A DNA stretch of 32,000 nucleotides from Puniceicoccaceae bacterium Marseille-Q1082 (lineage in GTDB: Bacteria > Verrucomicrobiota > Verrucomicrobiia > Opitutales > Intestinicryptomonadaceae). Below are positions 1 through 8,339 of the stretch, in pieces. A program made the position numbers and the translations under genes. The notes under the pieces were generated by a model. That model saw nothing but the letters and a program-made list of their open reading frames with translations, was not told the origin of the DNA and ran no database searches. Where the stretch lies: NCBI GenBank assembly GCA_904424815.1, contig CAJGBI010000002.1, forward strand, positions 610,206 through 642,205, in the 5' to 3' direction. Within the stretch, counting starts at the first letter, position 1. Each line of letters opens with the position of its first letter.

Positions 1-440
1 TCTACACCGGCAAAATCCGCAACTGGAAGGAGCTCGGCGGCGACGACGCCGAAATCGTGGTGATCTCCCGCGACACCAACAGCGGCACCTACGAGACCTT
101 CAACGAGCTCGTTCTGCGCAAGAACCCCGTCGTCAAGGGCGCCGAATACGTTGGGTCCAACGGGCAGGCGAAGACCCGCGTGGCGTCCACCAAAAACGCC
201 ATCGCATACGTCGGCCTCGGCTTTGCGGACGACTCCGTAAAGACGCTCTCCGTGGACGGGATACTGCCGTCTCCCAAGACCATAGTCTCGGGCAAATACC
301 CGATAGCGAGGCCGCTTTTCATGTTCACGAACAAGTATCCGAAAATGGGCACGCCCGTCTACGACTTCGTGACGCTCCACCTCTCCGAAGAGGGCAGGGA
401 AATCGTGAGGGACCTGGGCTACGTTCCGGTCGCCGAATAG
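1..440 (+). CDS. pstS: Phosphate ABC transporter substrate-binding protein PstS, C-terminal part (5' end is upstream of the window; reading frame begins at nt 3)
   Basis: The frame is open from the window edge (YTGKIRNWKELGG...VISRDTNSGTYETF...KYPIARPLFMF), which resembles PstS-family binding proteins. It is followed directly by pstC-pstA-pstB-phoU. Confidence 0.85.
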   Translation, partial: YTGKIRNWKELGGDDAEIVVISRDTNSGTYETFNELVLRKNPVVKGAEYVGSNGQAKTRVASTKNAIAYVGLGFADDSVKTLSVDGILPSPKTIVSGKYPIARPLFMFTNKYPKMGTPVYDFVTLHLSEEGREIVRDLGYVPVAE

Positions 441-461
441 CGAACCTTATATAAATAAACT

Positions 462-1640
462 ATGAATGCGACAACCGCCGACACGGGGGGCGCGCGCGCA
501 AAGGGCGCGCTGATAATGGACAGGCACAGCTGCGCCGCGAAAATGCTTTTGGGCAGGCTCGGGCGCGGGTTTCTCCTATGCGTGACGGCCGTCCCGACGG
601 CGGCGGTCGTGTTCATTCTGTTCTTTATATTCAAAGAGTCCCTGCCGTTCTTCGAGAACCTCGGCAACGTCAGGGAATTTTTCACGAGCACCAATTGGGC
701 CCCCTCGCGCGAGGGGGATCCGCATTTCGGGTCGCTCGCAATCCTCTACGGAACTCTGATGGTGACCGTGGGCTCCTGCGCGGTCGCGGTTCCGCTCGGG
801 ATAACGGCGGCGATATGCCTAAGCGAAATCGTGAACGCGCGGATTTCGAGAATTTTCAGGCCGATAGTGGAGCTGTTTGCCGCGATACCTTCCGTTGCGT
901 ACGGGTTTTTCGCGATGGCCGTTTTCGCGCCGCTTTTGCAAAACCATGGCGGCATAATGATAAGCGCGCTGATACTGGCGGCGGGTCTGCCGATAGCGGG
1001 GGTTTCGTCGATACCGCTTGCGGAATTCGCCTCGTCAAAGATTTTCAAAAAGCCCTCGCCGGCGGCGGTGGTGGCGCTCAGGATTTTTGCGGGCGCCGCG
1101 CTCTGCTCGGCGGTGGCGTACGCCGCATGGAGGGTTTCGGGGGTCGAGATTTCGAGCGGCACCAACGCCTTCAACGCCTCCGTGATACTGGCGATTATGG
1201 CGCTGCCCACGATAGTCAGCATTTCGCAGGACGCCCTTTCGGCGGTCGGGCGCGACATGCGCGAGGGTTCGCTCGCGCTCGGCGCCACGCGGTTCGAGAC
1301 GATATTCAAAGTCATTCTCCCGTGCGCCAAAAGCGGAATAGCCGTCGCCGTCATACTCGGCTTCATGCGCGTCATAGGCGAAACGATGGTCGTGTGGATG
1401 GCCTCCGGCAACTCTCTCAAAATCCCCGAGCCTTTCTATAATTTCTTCGAGCCCGTCAGAACCCTCACGGCGACGATAGCGGGCGAAATGGGCGAGGCCG
1501 ACCAGACGACGGGCTCGGCGAGGTACCACGTGCTGTTCGCGATGAGCCTCTGCCTGCTCGTCTCCGGCATGGCGCTCAACTGGCTTAGCCAGCGGATAAT
1601 TTCGCGCGGGGCGTTCGCGCGCAAAAAGGGCGGAAAATGA
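462..1640 (+). CDS. pstC: Phosphate ABC transporter permease PstC
   Basis: ATG at 462. The 392-aa polytopic protein has an ABC-permease cytoplasmic loop (DALSAVGRDMREGSLALGATRFETIFKVILPCAKSGI) and GETMVV..GN typical of PstC. ATGA stop/start overlap with pstA at 1637-1640. Confidence 0.9.
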   Translation: MNATTADTGGARAKGALIMDRHSCAAKMLLGRLGRGFLLCVTAVPTAAVVFILFFIFKESLPFFENLGNVREFFTSTNWAPSREGDPHFGSLAILYGTLMVTVGSCAVAVPLGITAAICLSEIVNARISRIFRPIVELFAAIPSVAYGFFAMAVFAPLLQNHGGIMISALILAAGLPIAGVSSIPLAEFASSKIFKKPSPAAVVALRIFAGAALCSAVAYAAWRVSGVEISSGTNAFNASVILAIMALPTIVSISQDALSAVGRDMREGSLALGATRFETIFKVILPCAKSGIAVAVILGFMRVIGETMVVWMASGNSLKIPEPFYNFFEPVRTLTATIAGEMGEADQTTGSARYHVLFAMSLCLLVSGMALNWLSQRIISRGAFARKKGGK

Positions 1641-3340
1641 AGACGTCTACGAGAAAAATATTGGACAAGTCGTTCAGCGCGCTCGCGCTGTCGTCGATGG
1701 CGATAATGTGCGCGGCGGCCGTCGCGTTTTTGGCGCCCATCATAATAAACGGGTCGGGGGCGGTGTGGTTCAAGGCCACCGTCGAGCACTTCAAATTCCT
1801 GCGCGAAGTCCTGGACAGGGGGTCCGCCCGGGAGCTCGCCGCCATGACGGAAAAGTCCGACGCCGCGCGCGAAAAGCTCTATTCGCTGATGCGCGCCTAC
1901 GAGTCTCCCGCCGATTTCAAAAAGATTTCCGGCGCGATAGCGTCCGCCCGCCGCGCCGCCTTCGCCGAAGCCGCCAAAAAGAGCGCGGAATTCGTCAAAA
2001 TTCTCGACGAAAACAAGGGGGCGGCCTCCGCGCCGGTCATAAAAAAGTTCGGGGCGGGGATTTTCGCGGATTACTCGGGGCTCGTCTCGGGCGCCGCCAA
2101 ACGCTCGTCCAGCCCGGCTATGGCCGAATTTCTCGCGGGCGAGAAAGAGGCGTTGCAGGACGGCGCGCGCGCGGTTCTGGAGGACTTCGCCAAAATCCGA
2201 AAATTGAGCGTGCTCGAAAAGGGAAGGGTGCGCCGCGAACTCCCCGCGGCGGCTCTCGAAAACCTCGGGGCGGCCTCGGAAAAGGTTTCAGAGGACAACG
2301 CGGCGTACGCGGCGTTCAAGGAGGGCGTGTGGGAGCTTCTCGGCCCCATGACGCAGGCCGACAAGGAGGCCGCGAAGATGATGCGCAGAAAGTTCGGGCA
2401 GACGCGCATGGACGTGGCGCGCAAGGTTCTCGGCGAGTCCGTGCTGCGGATTCGGGTGAACTCCACGGATTCAAGCGGCAGGCAGACTTCCGAAAGCGTC
2501 CTCGTGGCGGAGAGGTTCAAGGGCACTCCGCTCGCGGAAATGGCGAAGTGCGCCGAGGAGAATTTTACGGCGATGATGCAGCCGCGGAACACTTTTTACT
2601 GGGGATTCCTCTTTGACAGCCCGTACGACTCCAACATATTCGGCGGAATTTTCCCGATGATTCTCGGCACGTTTTACCTGACGGTCGGCGCCATGATTTT
2701 CGCCGCCCCCCTCGGAATCGTCGCGGCGATATACTTCTCCGAGTACGCCAAAAACGGCAGGGTCGTCAACTTCCTCAGAATGTGCGTGGGCACCCTCGCG
2801 GGGGTTCCGTCGATAGTGTTCGGGCTGTTCGGGCTTGCGTTTCTCATAAACACCGTGAAGGTGTCTGAGAGCAAAAGCGTGCTGGCGGGCTCCATAACCC
2901 TCGCGCTGCTGATACTGCCAACCATCATACGCTCCTGCGAAGAGGCTCTCAAAACGGTTCCAAATTCCTACCGCGAGGCCGCCCTCGGGCTCGGGGCGGG
3001 CAAGTGGAGGGCGATATGCACGGTGATACTTCCGGCGGCGCTCCCGGGAATGCTCACGGGGATAATAATCTCGATGGGCAGGGCTGCCGGCGAGACCGCG
3101 CCGATCATCTTTACCGCGGCGACGAGCACGGGGGCGGCGATTGCGCTCGCCGACGTGTTTACCGAGGCCACCCCCGCCCTGCCGTGGAACATCTACAACA
3201 TCTGCTCCGAACACGAAATGGCTGACAAAATCGAGCACGTCCAGTACGGAATGGTGCTGACCCTCATCGCGATAGTGCTCCTCCTCAACTCCGTCGCCAT
3301 CGTGCTGCGCGACAGGCTCCAGAAGAAGCTAAGGGGGTAA
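1637..3340 (+). CDS. pstA: Phosphate ABC transporter permease PstA, long form with a ~280-aa insertion after TM1
   Basis: The C-terminal ~260 aa carry the PstA core ([57 protein letters not shown]). The gene sits between pstC and pstB. Confidence 0.9.
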   Translation: MKTSTRKILDKSFSALALSSMAIMCAAAVAFLAPIIINGSGAVWFKATVEHFKFLREVLDRGSARELAAMTEKSDAAREKLYSLMRAYESPADFKKISGAIASARRAAFAEAAKKSAEFVKILDENKGAASAPVIKKFGAGIFADYSGLVSGAAKRSSSPAMAEFLAGEKEALQDGARAVLEDFAKIRKLSVLEKGRVRRELPAAALENLGAASEKVSEDNAAYAAFKEGVWELLGPMTQADKEAAKMMRRKFGQTRMDVARKVLGESVLRIRVNSTDSSGRQTSESVLVAERFKGTPLAEMAKCAEENFTAMMQPRNTFYWGFLFDSPYDSNIFGGIFPMILGTFYLTVGAMIFAAPLGIVAAIYFSEYAKNGRVVNFLRMCVGTLAGVPSIVFGLFGLAFLINTVKVSESKSVLAGSITLALLILPTIIRSCEEALKTVPNSYREAALGLGAGKWRAICTVILPAALPGMLTGIIISMGRAAGETAPIIFTAATSTGAAIALADVFTEATPALPWNIYNICSEHEMADKIEHVQYGMVLTLIAIVLLLNSVAIVLRDRLQKKLRG

Positions 3341-3347
3341 TTTTCAG

Positions 3348-4190
3348 ATGAATCTCACACTCGAAAAAAGAAAAATGACCGAAACGAAGACACAAAACGG
3401 CGGGGCCGCGAAGAGCGCGCCGGACGCGGGCGACATCGCCGTGGTCGCCGAAAACTTTTCGATATATTACGACTACGGAAAGTTCCACGCGGTAAAGGGC
3501 GTCTCGATGGGGCTCAGGCGCGGAAAGGTGACGGCTATAATAGGGCCCAGCGGCTGCGGAAAGAGCACCTTTTTGCGCTGCATAAACCGCATGAACGACC
3601 TTGTGGACGGCTGCACGACCTCCGGGCTTTTGGCGCTCGACGGCGTGGACATCTACCACCCGCGCCTCGACGTCGTGGAGCTGCGCCGGAGGATCGGCAT
3701 GGTGTTCCAACGCCCCAACCCGTTCCCGAAGAGCATATACGACAACGTCGCCTACGGCCCGAGGCTCGCGGGAGGCGTCGGGAGGGCGGAACTCGACGAG
3801 ATTGTCGAGACTTCCCTGCGCCGCGCGGCGCTCTGGGACGAGGTTAAGGACAGGCTCTCGAACAACGCGCTCGGAATGTCGGGCGGCCAGCAGCAGAGGC
3901 TGTGCATCGCGCGCGCTTTGGCAATGCGCCCCGAAGTGCTGCTTATGGACGAGCCGTGCAGCGCCCTCGACCCGAAGTCGACCTCGCGCATAGAGGATTT
4001 GATTGACGAGCTTTCGGGCGAGTACACGATAGCCATCGTCACCCACAACATGCAGCAGGCCGCGCGCGTCTCCGACTACACGGCTTTCTTCTACGAGGGG
4101 CACCTCGTTGAGTTCGGGCAGACGAAGCAGATGTTTACCAATCCGCAAATGAAGCAGACAAACGACTACATAACCGGGAGGTTCGGCTGA
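3348..4190 (+). CDS. pstB: Phosphate ABC transporter ATP-binding protein PstB
   Basis: Walker [10 protein letters not shown], signature [13 protein letters not shown], Walker B LLMDEP, and the PstB-type C-terminus [17 protein letters not shown] lies upstream of ATG 3348. Confidence 0.95.
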   Translation: MNLTLEKRKMTETKTQNGGAAKSAPDAGDIAVVAENFSIYYDYGKFHAVKGVSMGLRRGKVTAIIGPSGCGKSTFLRCINRMNDLVDGCTTSGLLALDGVDIYHPRLDVVELRRRIGMVFQRPNPFPKSIYDNVAYGPRLAGGVGRAELDEIVETSLRRAALWDEVKDRLSNNALGMSGGQQQRLCIARALAMRPEVLLMDEPCSALDPKSTSRIEDLIDELSGEYTIAIVTHNMQQAARVSDYTAFFYEGHLVEFGQTKQMFTNPQMKQTNDYITGRFG

Positions 4191-4191
4191 T

Positions 4192-4899
4192 ATGAACGCG
4201 CATCTCGTAAAGGATTTGGACAAGCTAAAGGCGCAGATACTGCGCGTGGCCGCCGCCGTCGAGGAGAACGTCCGCAAGAGCGTCAGGGCCCTGCGCGAGC
4301 TCTCCGCGCCGCTCGCCGAGGACGTCGTTTACAGCGACAGAAAAATCGACGAAATGGAGGTCGAGACGGAGGAGGAATGCCTGAAAATTCTCGCCCTCCA
4401 CCAGCCCGTCGCCAGCGACTTGCGGTTTGTCATAACGGTGCTTAAAATCAACAACGAGCTCGAGCACATCGGCGACATGTCCGCGAACATCGCCCGCCGC
4501 GTCCCGTTTCTTCTGCGCGGCGGAAAGGCCCCTATCCCGTTCGACATCGACAAGATGACATCGCGCACGGTATACATGCTGAAAAGCAGCATAGACGCCT
4601 TTTTGAACGGCGACGAGCACCTCGCGGTCGGCGTGTGCTCGGACGACTCCATCGTCGACGAGGAAAACCGCAGGTGCTACGGCAACGTCGCCTCCGGCAT
4701 AGCGGAAAATCCGGAGGCGGCGATGGTGTACATAAACTATCTTCTGGTCTCAAAATCCCTCGAGCGCATCGCGGACTTGTGCACCAACATAGCCGAGGAC
4801 GTGATATACATGAAGCGCAGCCTGATCGTCCGCCACAATCTCGACGAGGCGGCGAAAATCATAAAGATGTCCCCGGATTTGGACGGGAGCGAAGCGTAG
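4192..4899 (+). CDS. phoU: Phosphate signalling regulator PhoU
   Basis: 235 aa with a duplicated PhoU helical repeat (ELEHIGDMSANIARR and SLERIADLCTNIAEDV). It starts 1 nt after the pstB stop. Confidence 0.93.
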   Translation: MNAHLVKDLDKLKAQILRVAAAVEENVRKSVRALRELSAPLAEDVVYSDRKIDEMEVETEEECLKILALHQPVASDLRFVITVLKINNELEHIGDMSANIARRVPFLLRGGKAPIPFDIDKMTSRTVYMLKSSIDAFLNGDEHLAVGVCSDDSIVDEENRRCYGNVASGIAENPEAAMVYINYLLVSKSLERIADLCTNIAEDVIYMKRSLIVRHNLDEAAKIIKMSPDLDGSEA

Positions 4900-4933
4900 C
4901 GATTGCGGGATTTTCAAGCGCGCCTGGATTATA

Positions 4934-4972
4934 GGGCCGTCCCGTTTCTTGGGGCGGCCCCGTGCCGTTTTT
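4934..4972 (+). terminator. Hairpin 1 downstream of phoU (10-bp GC stem, then a T5 run after a 7-nt gap)
   Basis: GGGCCGTCCC (4934-4943) pairs with GGGGCGGCCC (4951-4960), one G-U pair, loop GTTTCTT. T5 at 4968-4972. Confidence 0.35.
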
Positions 4973-5004
4973 CCTCCGCGGGAGTTTTTGCGGAGGCGTT
5001 TTTT
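4973..5004 (+). terminator. Rho-independent terminator candidate for the pst-phoU operon
   Basis: CCTCCGC (4973-4979) pairs with GCGGAGG (4990-4996). T6 run at 4999-5004, 2 nt after the stem. Confidence 0.5.
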
Positions 5005-5106
5005 GCGGCGATCCCGCAGGCGTTGCAGATTGCGCGGGGCTTTTGCGGGATGCCCCATGCGCCGGAGCGCGTCGGGGCTATTCAAAATCCCGCCCGCGCG
5101 CCGCGC

Positions 5107-5140
5107 AAAAAAAAGAGAGCGCCAAAAATCAGCGGCGCTC
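5107..5140 (-). terminator. Orphan Rho-independent terminator-like element readable only on the minus strand
   Basis: GAGCGCC (5117-5123) pairs with GGCGCTC (5134-5140) across a 10-nt loop. On the minus strand the stem is followed by TC and T8 (complement of A8 at 5107-5114). No annotated minus-strand gene lies upstream of it. Confidence 0.4.
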
Positions 5141-5379
5141 CCCGCATATATTGCCGATATGTTGCCTATTGACAAAAATTCGGCGGCGCGCCCGCGCGGC
5201 TTCGCGTTCGCCGGATTTGGATGTTTGAGCCTCCGCGCCGCGCTTTAACCGACAGCCTTTCCGCCCCCGCGTTCCGGATTTTCCGAAAATATTCGCGCAT
5301 ATTTTGCAAAAAACGCGGGAATTTGGTTGCCGACGCCGCCGGTTTTGCCCTATTTTGACTTTATTGGCATGATGGGCTT

Positions 5380-6276
5380 ATGGAGAACGCAGTGACCGAG
5401 TTCAGCGAGGAATCCCATTTAAAGGGCAACAAATATTTCAGGGTGGTGCACGGCAAGACGGACAAGTCGCGCTGCGTGGGGTTGCACCGCCACGATTTTG
5501 TGGAGGTTCTCTGGATACGCTCGGGCGAGGGAATGCTCATTTCGGGCGGGAAGGAAAGGTATTTCAGCCGCCACCTGCTATTCATATCGCGCCCCAACGA
5601 AGTCCACGTAATCGAGCCCGCGCGCAATTCCACGATAGACTTTTCCTACGTCGCCATTCCCGGGGGCGTGTTCGCGCGCTTCGTCCGCGACTGCCTTTCA
5701 GAAGAAGACGAATTTTTCCGCGGGAAGTTCGGCGGCATGTCGATGAAGCTGTCCTCGTTCGAGACCGCCTATCTCGACCGCGCGGCCTCGGAGCTCGTCT
5801 GGCAGAACGACTCCCTCATGGCGGTCTACCGCTTTCTGATAAACCTGTACTGGCAGATAAAGAGCGTGTTCGCCTCGGCGCTGCCCGGCAACATGCCCGA
5901 CTGGCTCTCGGACGCCTGCCAGCGCATACGCAATCCCGAAAATCTCGCCCTCGGCCTCGAAAAATTCCGCGAGATATGCGGCAAGGACATGTCGTACATA
6001 AACCGCGCCATGCGCAAATATCTAAATTGCACGCCGACCGAATACATAAACGGCGCGCGCCTGCGCTACGCCAAATGGCTTTTGGCGACCTCGTCGTTTT
6101 CCACGGGCGAGATTTCCGAAATTTGCGGGTTTTCCGACCTGCCGTACTTCTGCCGAAAGTTCAAGGAGGCGTTCGACTCCACCCCGGGCGCGTACCGCGG
6201 CGAGTATTCGCAGATGGGCGGCGACGCGCACGACGGGTCGAGGGCGGTCGCGCAGGAAGCCGCGCGAAAGCGGTGA
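5380..6276 (+). CDS. AraC-family transcriptional regulator (N-terminal cupin-like sensor, C-terminal double HTH)
   Basis: The cupin-like N-terminus is HRHDFVEVLWIRSGEG...NEVHVI. The C-terminal AraC HTH is YINRAMRKYLNCTPTEYINGARLRYAKWLL...GEISEICGFSDLPYFCRKFKEAFDSTPGAYR. Confidence 0.88.
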   Translation: MENAVTEFSEESHLKGNKYFRVVHGKTDKSRCVGLHRHDFVEVLWIRSGEGMLISGGKERYFSRHLLFISRPNEVHVIEPARNSTIDFSYVAIPGGVFARFVRDCLSEEDEFFRGKFGGMSMKLSSFETAYLDRAASELVWQNDSLMAVYRFLINLYWQIKSVFASALPGNMPDWLSDACQRIRNPENLALGLEKFREICGKDMSYINRAMRKYLNCTPTEYINGARLRYAKWLLATSSFSTGEISEICGFSDLPYFCRKFKEAFDSTPGAYRGEYSQMGGDAHDGSRAVAQEAARKR

Positions 6277-6351
6277 TTTTTTTTGAAACTTTGCCGAAGC
6301 GGAGACATTTATAATAAACCTATACAGTATACATACCAAGGAGGGCGCATT

Positions 6352-7632
6352 TTGAAAATTCTGAAAAAGCACAGGCGCGCCGCGGCGTGGGCGGTCGCGC
6401 TGGCGGCCGCCGCATTTGCGGCATATTACTTTTTTCTGCGCGGGGGCGAGCTTCCGGTCGAATACAGGACGGCGGAAGTCGAGAGGCGCGACATGCTGCT
6501 GACCATCGACGCCACGGGAACCGTGGAGCCGGAGGATTTGGTGAACGTCGGCGCGCGCGTGTCGGGCGAAATCGTGTCGTTCGGCAAGGACAACAAGGGC
6601 AAAGAGGTCGACTACGGCTCCGAAATTTCGGAGGGCGCGGTCATAGCGCTCATAGACGACGAAATTCAGAAGTCAAACCTCTTGCAGGCGGAGGCCAACC
6701 TCGAGCGGGCGAAGGCGTCGCAGAAGCAGGCGCGCGCAAACCTGAACGTGGCGGAGGCCAATTTGCGCCAGGCGGAGCGCAACTGGAAGCGCGCCAAGGC
6801 TCTCGGGGTTTCGGAGGCCCTGTCGCAGGCCTCCTACGACTCCTACCTGTCCGCATGGGAGCAGGCCACCGCCGAAATCGGCGTCGCGCAGGCGCAGATT
6901 CTTTCCGCCGACGCCGAAGTGATGTCGTGCGAGGCCGACGTGAAGCTCGAGCGCCGCAACCTTTCGTATTGCGTAATCAAGGCGCCCGTGGACGGGGTGG
7001 TGATAGACCGCATAGTCAGCGTGGGGCAGACGGTCGTTTCGAGCATGAACGCAAGCTCCCTCTTCCTGATAGCCAAAGACCTCAAAAAGATGGAGGTCTG
7101 GGCGTCCGTCAACGAGGCCGACATCGGCAGCATTTTCGCGGGGCAGGACGTCGAGTTCACGGTGGACGCATTCCCGGGCGAAAAGTTTTTCGGCAAGGTC
7201 AACAAAATCCGCCTGAACGCCACGATGTCGCAGAATGTCGTCACTTACATAGTGGAGGTTTCGACGGACAACTCCAACGGGAGGCTGCTCCCGTACCTCA
7301 CCGCCAATTTGAGCTTTATAGTAAAGCGCAGCAAAGGGGTGCTCGCTGTCCCTAACGCCGCCCTGCGCTGGAAGCCTGCGGACTCCATGCTGGCCGACGG
7401 CTGCCCCTCCGAGGCTCCGGAAGGCAAGAGGTTCGTGTGGGTCGAGGCGCCCGACAACAAGGTCAGGCCGGTTGCGGTTTCCATAGGCGTCAACGACGGC
7501 GCGTATTCGGAGGTGGAATCCCCCGATATAAAGGAGGGGATGAAGGTCGTCACGGGCGGGGAAGTCGCGTCGAAGAAGGGCGTTTCGCAAAACCCGTTCA
7601 TGCCCAAAGTTCCGCAGCGCAAAAAGCGATAG
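6352..7632 (+). CDS. Efflux periplasmic adaptor (HlyD/MacA-like membrane fusion protein)
   Basis: TTG at 6352 is preceded by AAGGAGGG (6338-6345). The protein has an N-terminal anchor (AAAWAVALAAAAFAAYYF), a coiled-coil hairpin (EANLERAKASQKQARANLNVAEANLRQAERNWKRAK) and a beta-barrel C-terminal region. The ORF-track start at 6283 (TTG) is less likely. Confidence 0.85.
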   Translation: MKILKKHRRAAAWAVALAAAAFAAYYFFLRGGELPVEYRTAEVERRDMLLTIDATGTVEPEDLVNVGARVSGEIVSFGKDNKGKEVDYGSEISEGAVIALIDDEIQKSNLLQAEANLERAKASQKQARANLNVAEANLRQAERNWKRAKALGVSEALSQASYDSYLSAWEQATAEIGVAQAQILSADAEVMSCEADVKLERRNLSYCVIKAPVDGVVIDRIVSVGQTVVSSMNASSLFLIAKDLKKMEVWASVNEADIGSIFAGQDVEFTVDAFPGEKFFGKVNKIRLNATMSQNVVTYIVEVSTDNSNGRLLPYLTANLSFIVKRSKGVLAVPNAALRWKPADSMLADGCPSEAPEGKRFVWVEAPDNKVRPVAVSIGVNDGAYSEVESPDIKEGMKVVTGGEVASKKGVSQNPFMPKVPQRKKR

Positions 7633-7643
7633 GAGGCCGCTCG

Positions 7644-8339
7644 ATGGGGCTCATAGAATTGAAGGACATCCGCAAGACCTATTTCATGGGCGACATAAAG
7701 CTGCCCGTGCTCAAAGGCATAACGATGTCCGTGGAGAAGGGCGACATGGTTGCGCTCACCGGCGTGTCGGGCTCGGGCAAGAGCACTCTCATGAACATTC
7801 TCGGGTGCCTTGACAGGCCGACTTCGGGCGAATACTGGCTCGACGGCGAGGAAATATCGCGCCTTTCCAATGACGGCCGCGCCGACGTGCGCAACCGCAA
7901 AATCGGGTTCGTATTCCAAAACTTCAACCTGCTGCCGCGCACCTCCGCGCTCGAAAACGTGATAATGCCGCTCGGCTACACGGCGAGCCACCTCTCGGAA
8001 AAGCAGATGCTCGAGCGCGGCAAGCGGATGCTCGAGCGCGTCGGGCTCGCCGACAGAATGGACCACGAACCCTCGCGGCTCTCGGGCGGGCAGCAGCAGA
8101 GGGTCGCGATAGCGCGGGCGCTGGTCAACAACCCCAGCATACTTTTCGCCGACGAGCCCACCGGCAACCTCGACACGAAAATGAGCGAGGAAATCCTGCG
8201 CATATTCAACGAAATCAACTCGTCCGAGGGCGTGACGATAGTGCTCGTCACGCACGAAATGGACGTCGCCAACAGCGCAAAGCGCATAGTGCGCCTCGTG
8301 GACGGGGAAATAGCAAGCGATGCCGTTATAAGAAAATGA
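7644..8339 (+). CDS. ABC transporter ATP-binding protein, MacB/LolD-type (stand-alone ATPase)
   Basis: ATG at 7644 with AGGAGG at 7631-7636. Walker A GVSGSGKST, signature LSGGQQQRVAIARAL, Walker B ILFADEPTGNLD. The track start at 7437 overlaps the adaptor gene in another frame. Confidence 0.92.
   Translation: MGLIELKDIRKTYFMGDIKLPVLKGITMSVEKGDMVALTGVSGSGKSTLMNILGCLDRPTSGEYWLDGEEISRLSNDGRADVRNRKIGFVFQNFNLLPRTSALENVIMPLGYTASHLSEKQMLERGKRMLERVGLADRMDHEPSRLSGGQQQRVAIARALVNNPSILFADEPTGNLDTKMSEEILRIFNEINSSEGVTIVLVTHEMDVANSAKRIVRLVDGEIASDAVIRK

Noticed and set aside
3285-4277. 330-aa minus-strand ORF
   Set aside because: It is antisense to pstB, which has unambiguous Walker and signature motifs. 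This is a typical high-GC shadow ORF.
5169-5174. Perfect TTGACA hexamer in the spacer
   Set aside because: There is no acceptable -10 element 16-18 nt downstream (the sequence there is CCGCGC), so it is not called as a promoter.
4903-5248. Three overlapping 88-99-aa ORFs in the phoU-araC spacer
   Set aside because: There are no SD or start signals. The composition is Arg/Ala/Pro-rich, and they overlap each other and the hairpin elements. They are more likely non-coding.
6260-6284. Possible terminator after the araC-family gene (CCGC-gcgaaa-GCGG, then TGA and T8)
   Set aside because: The stem is only 4-5 bp, too weak to call a terminator. The T8 tract may simply be spacer or promoter DNA upstream of the adaptor gene.
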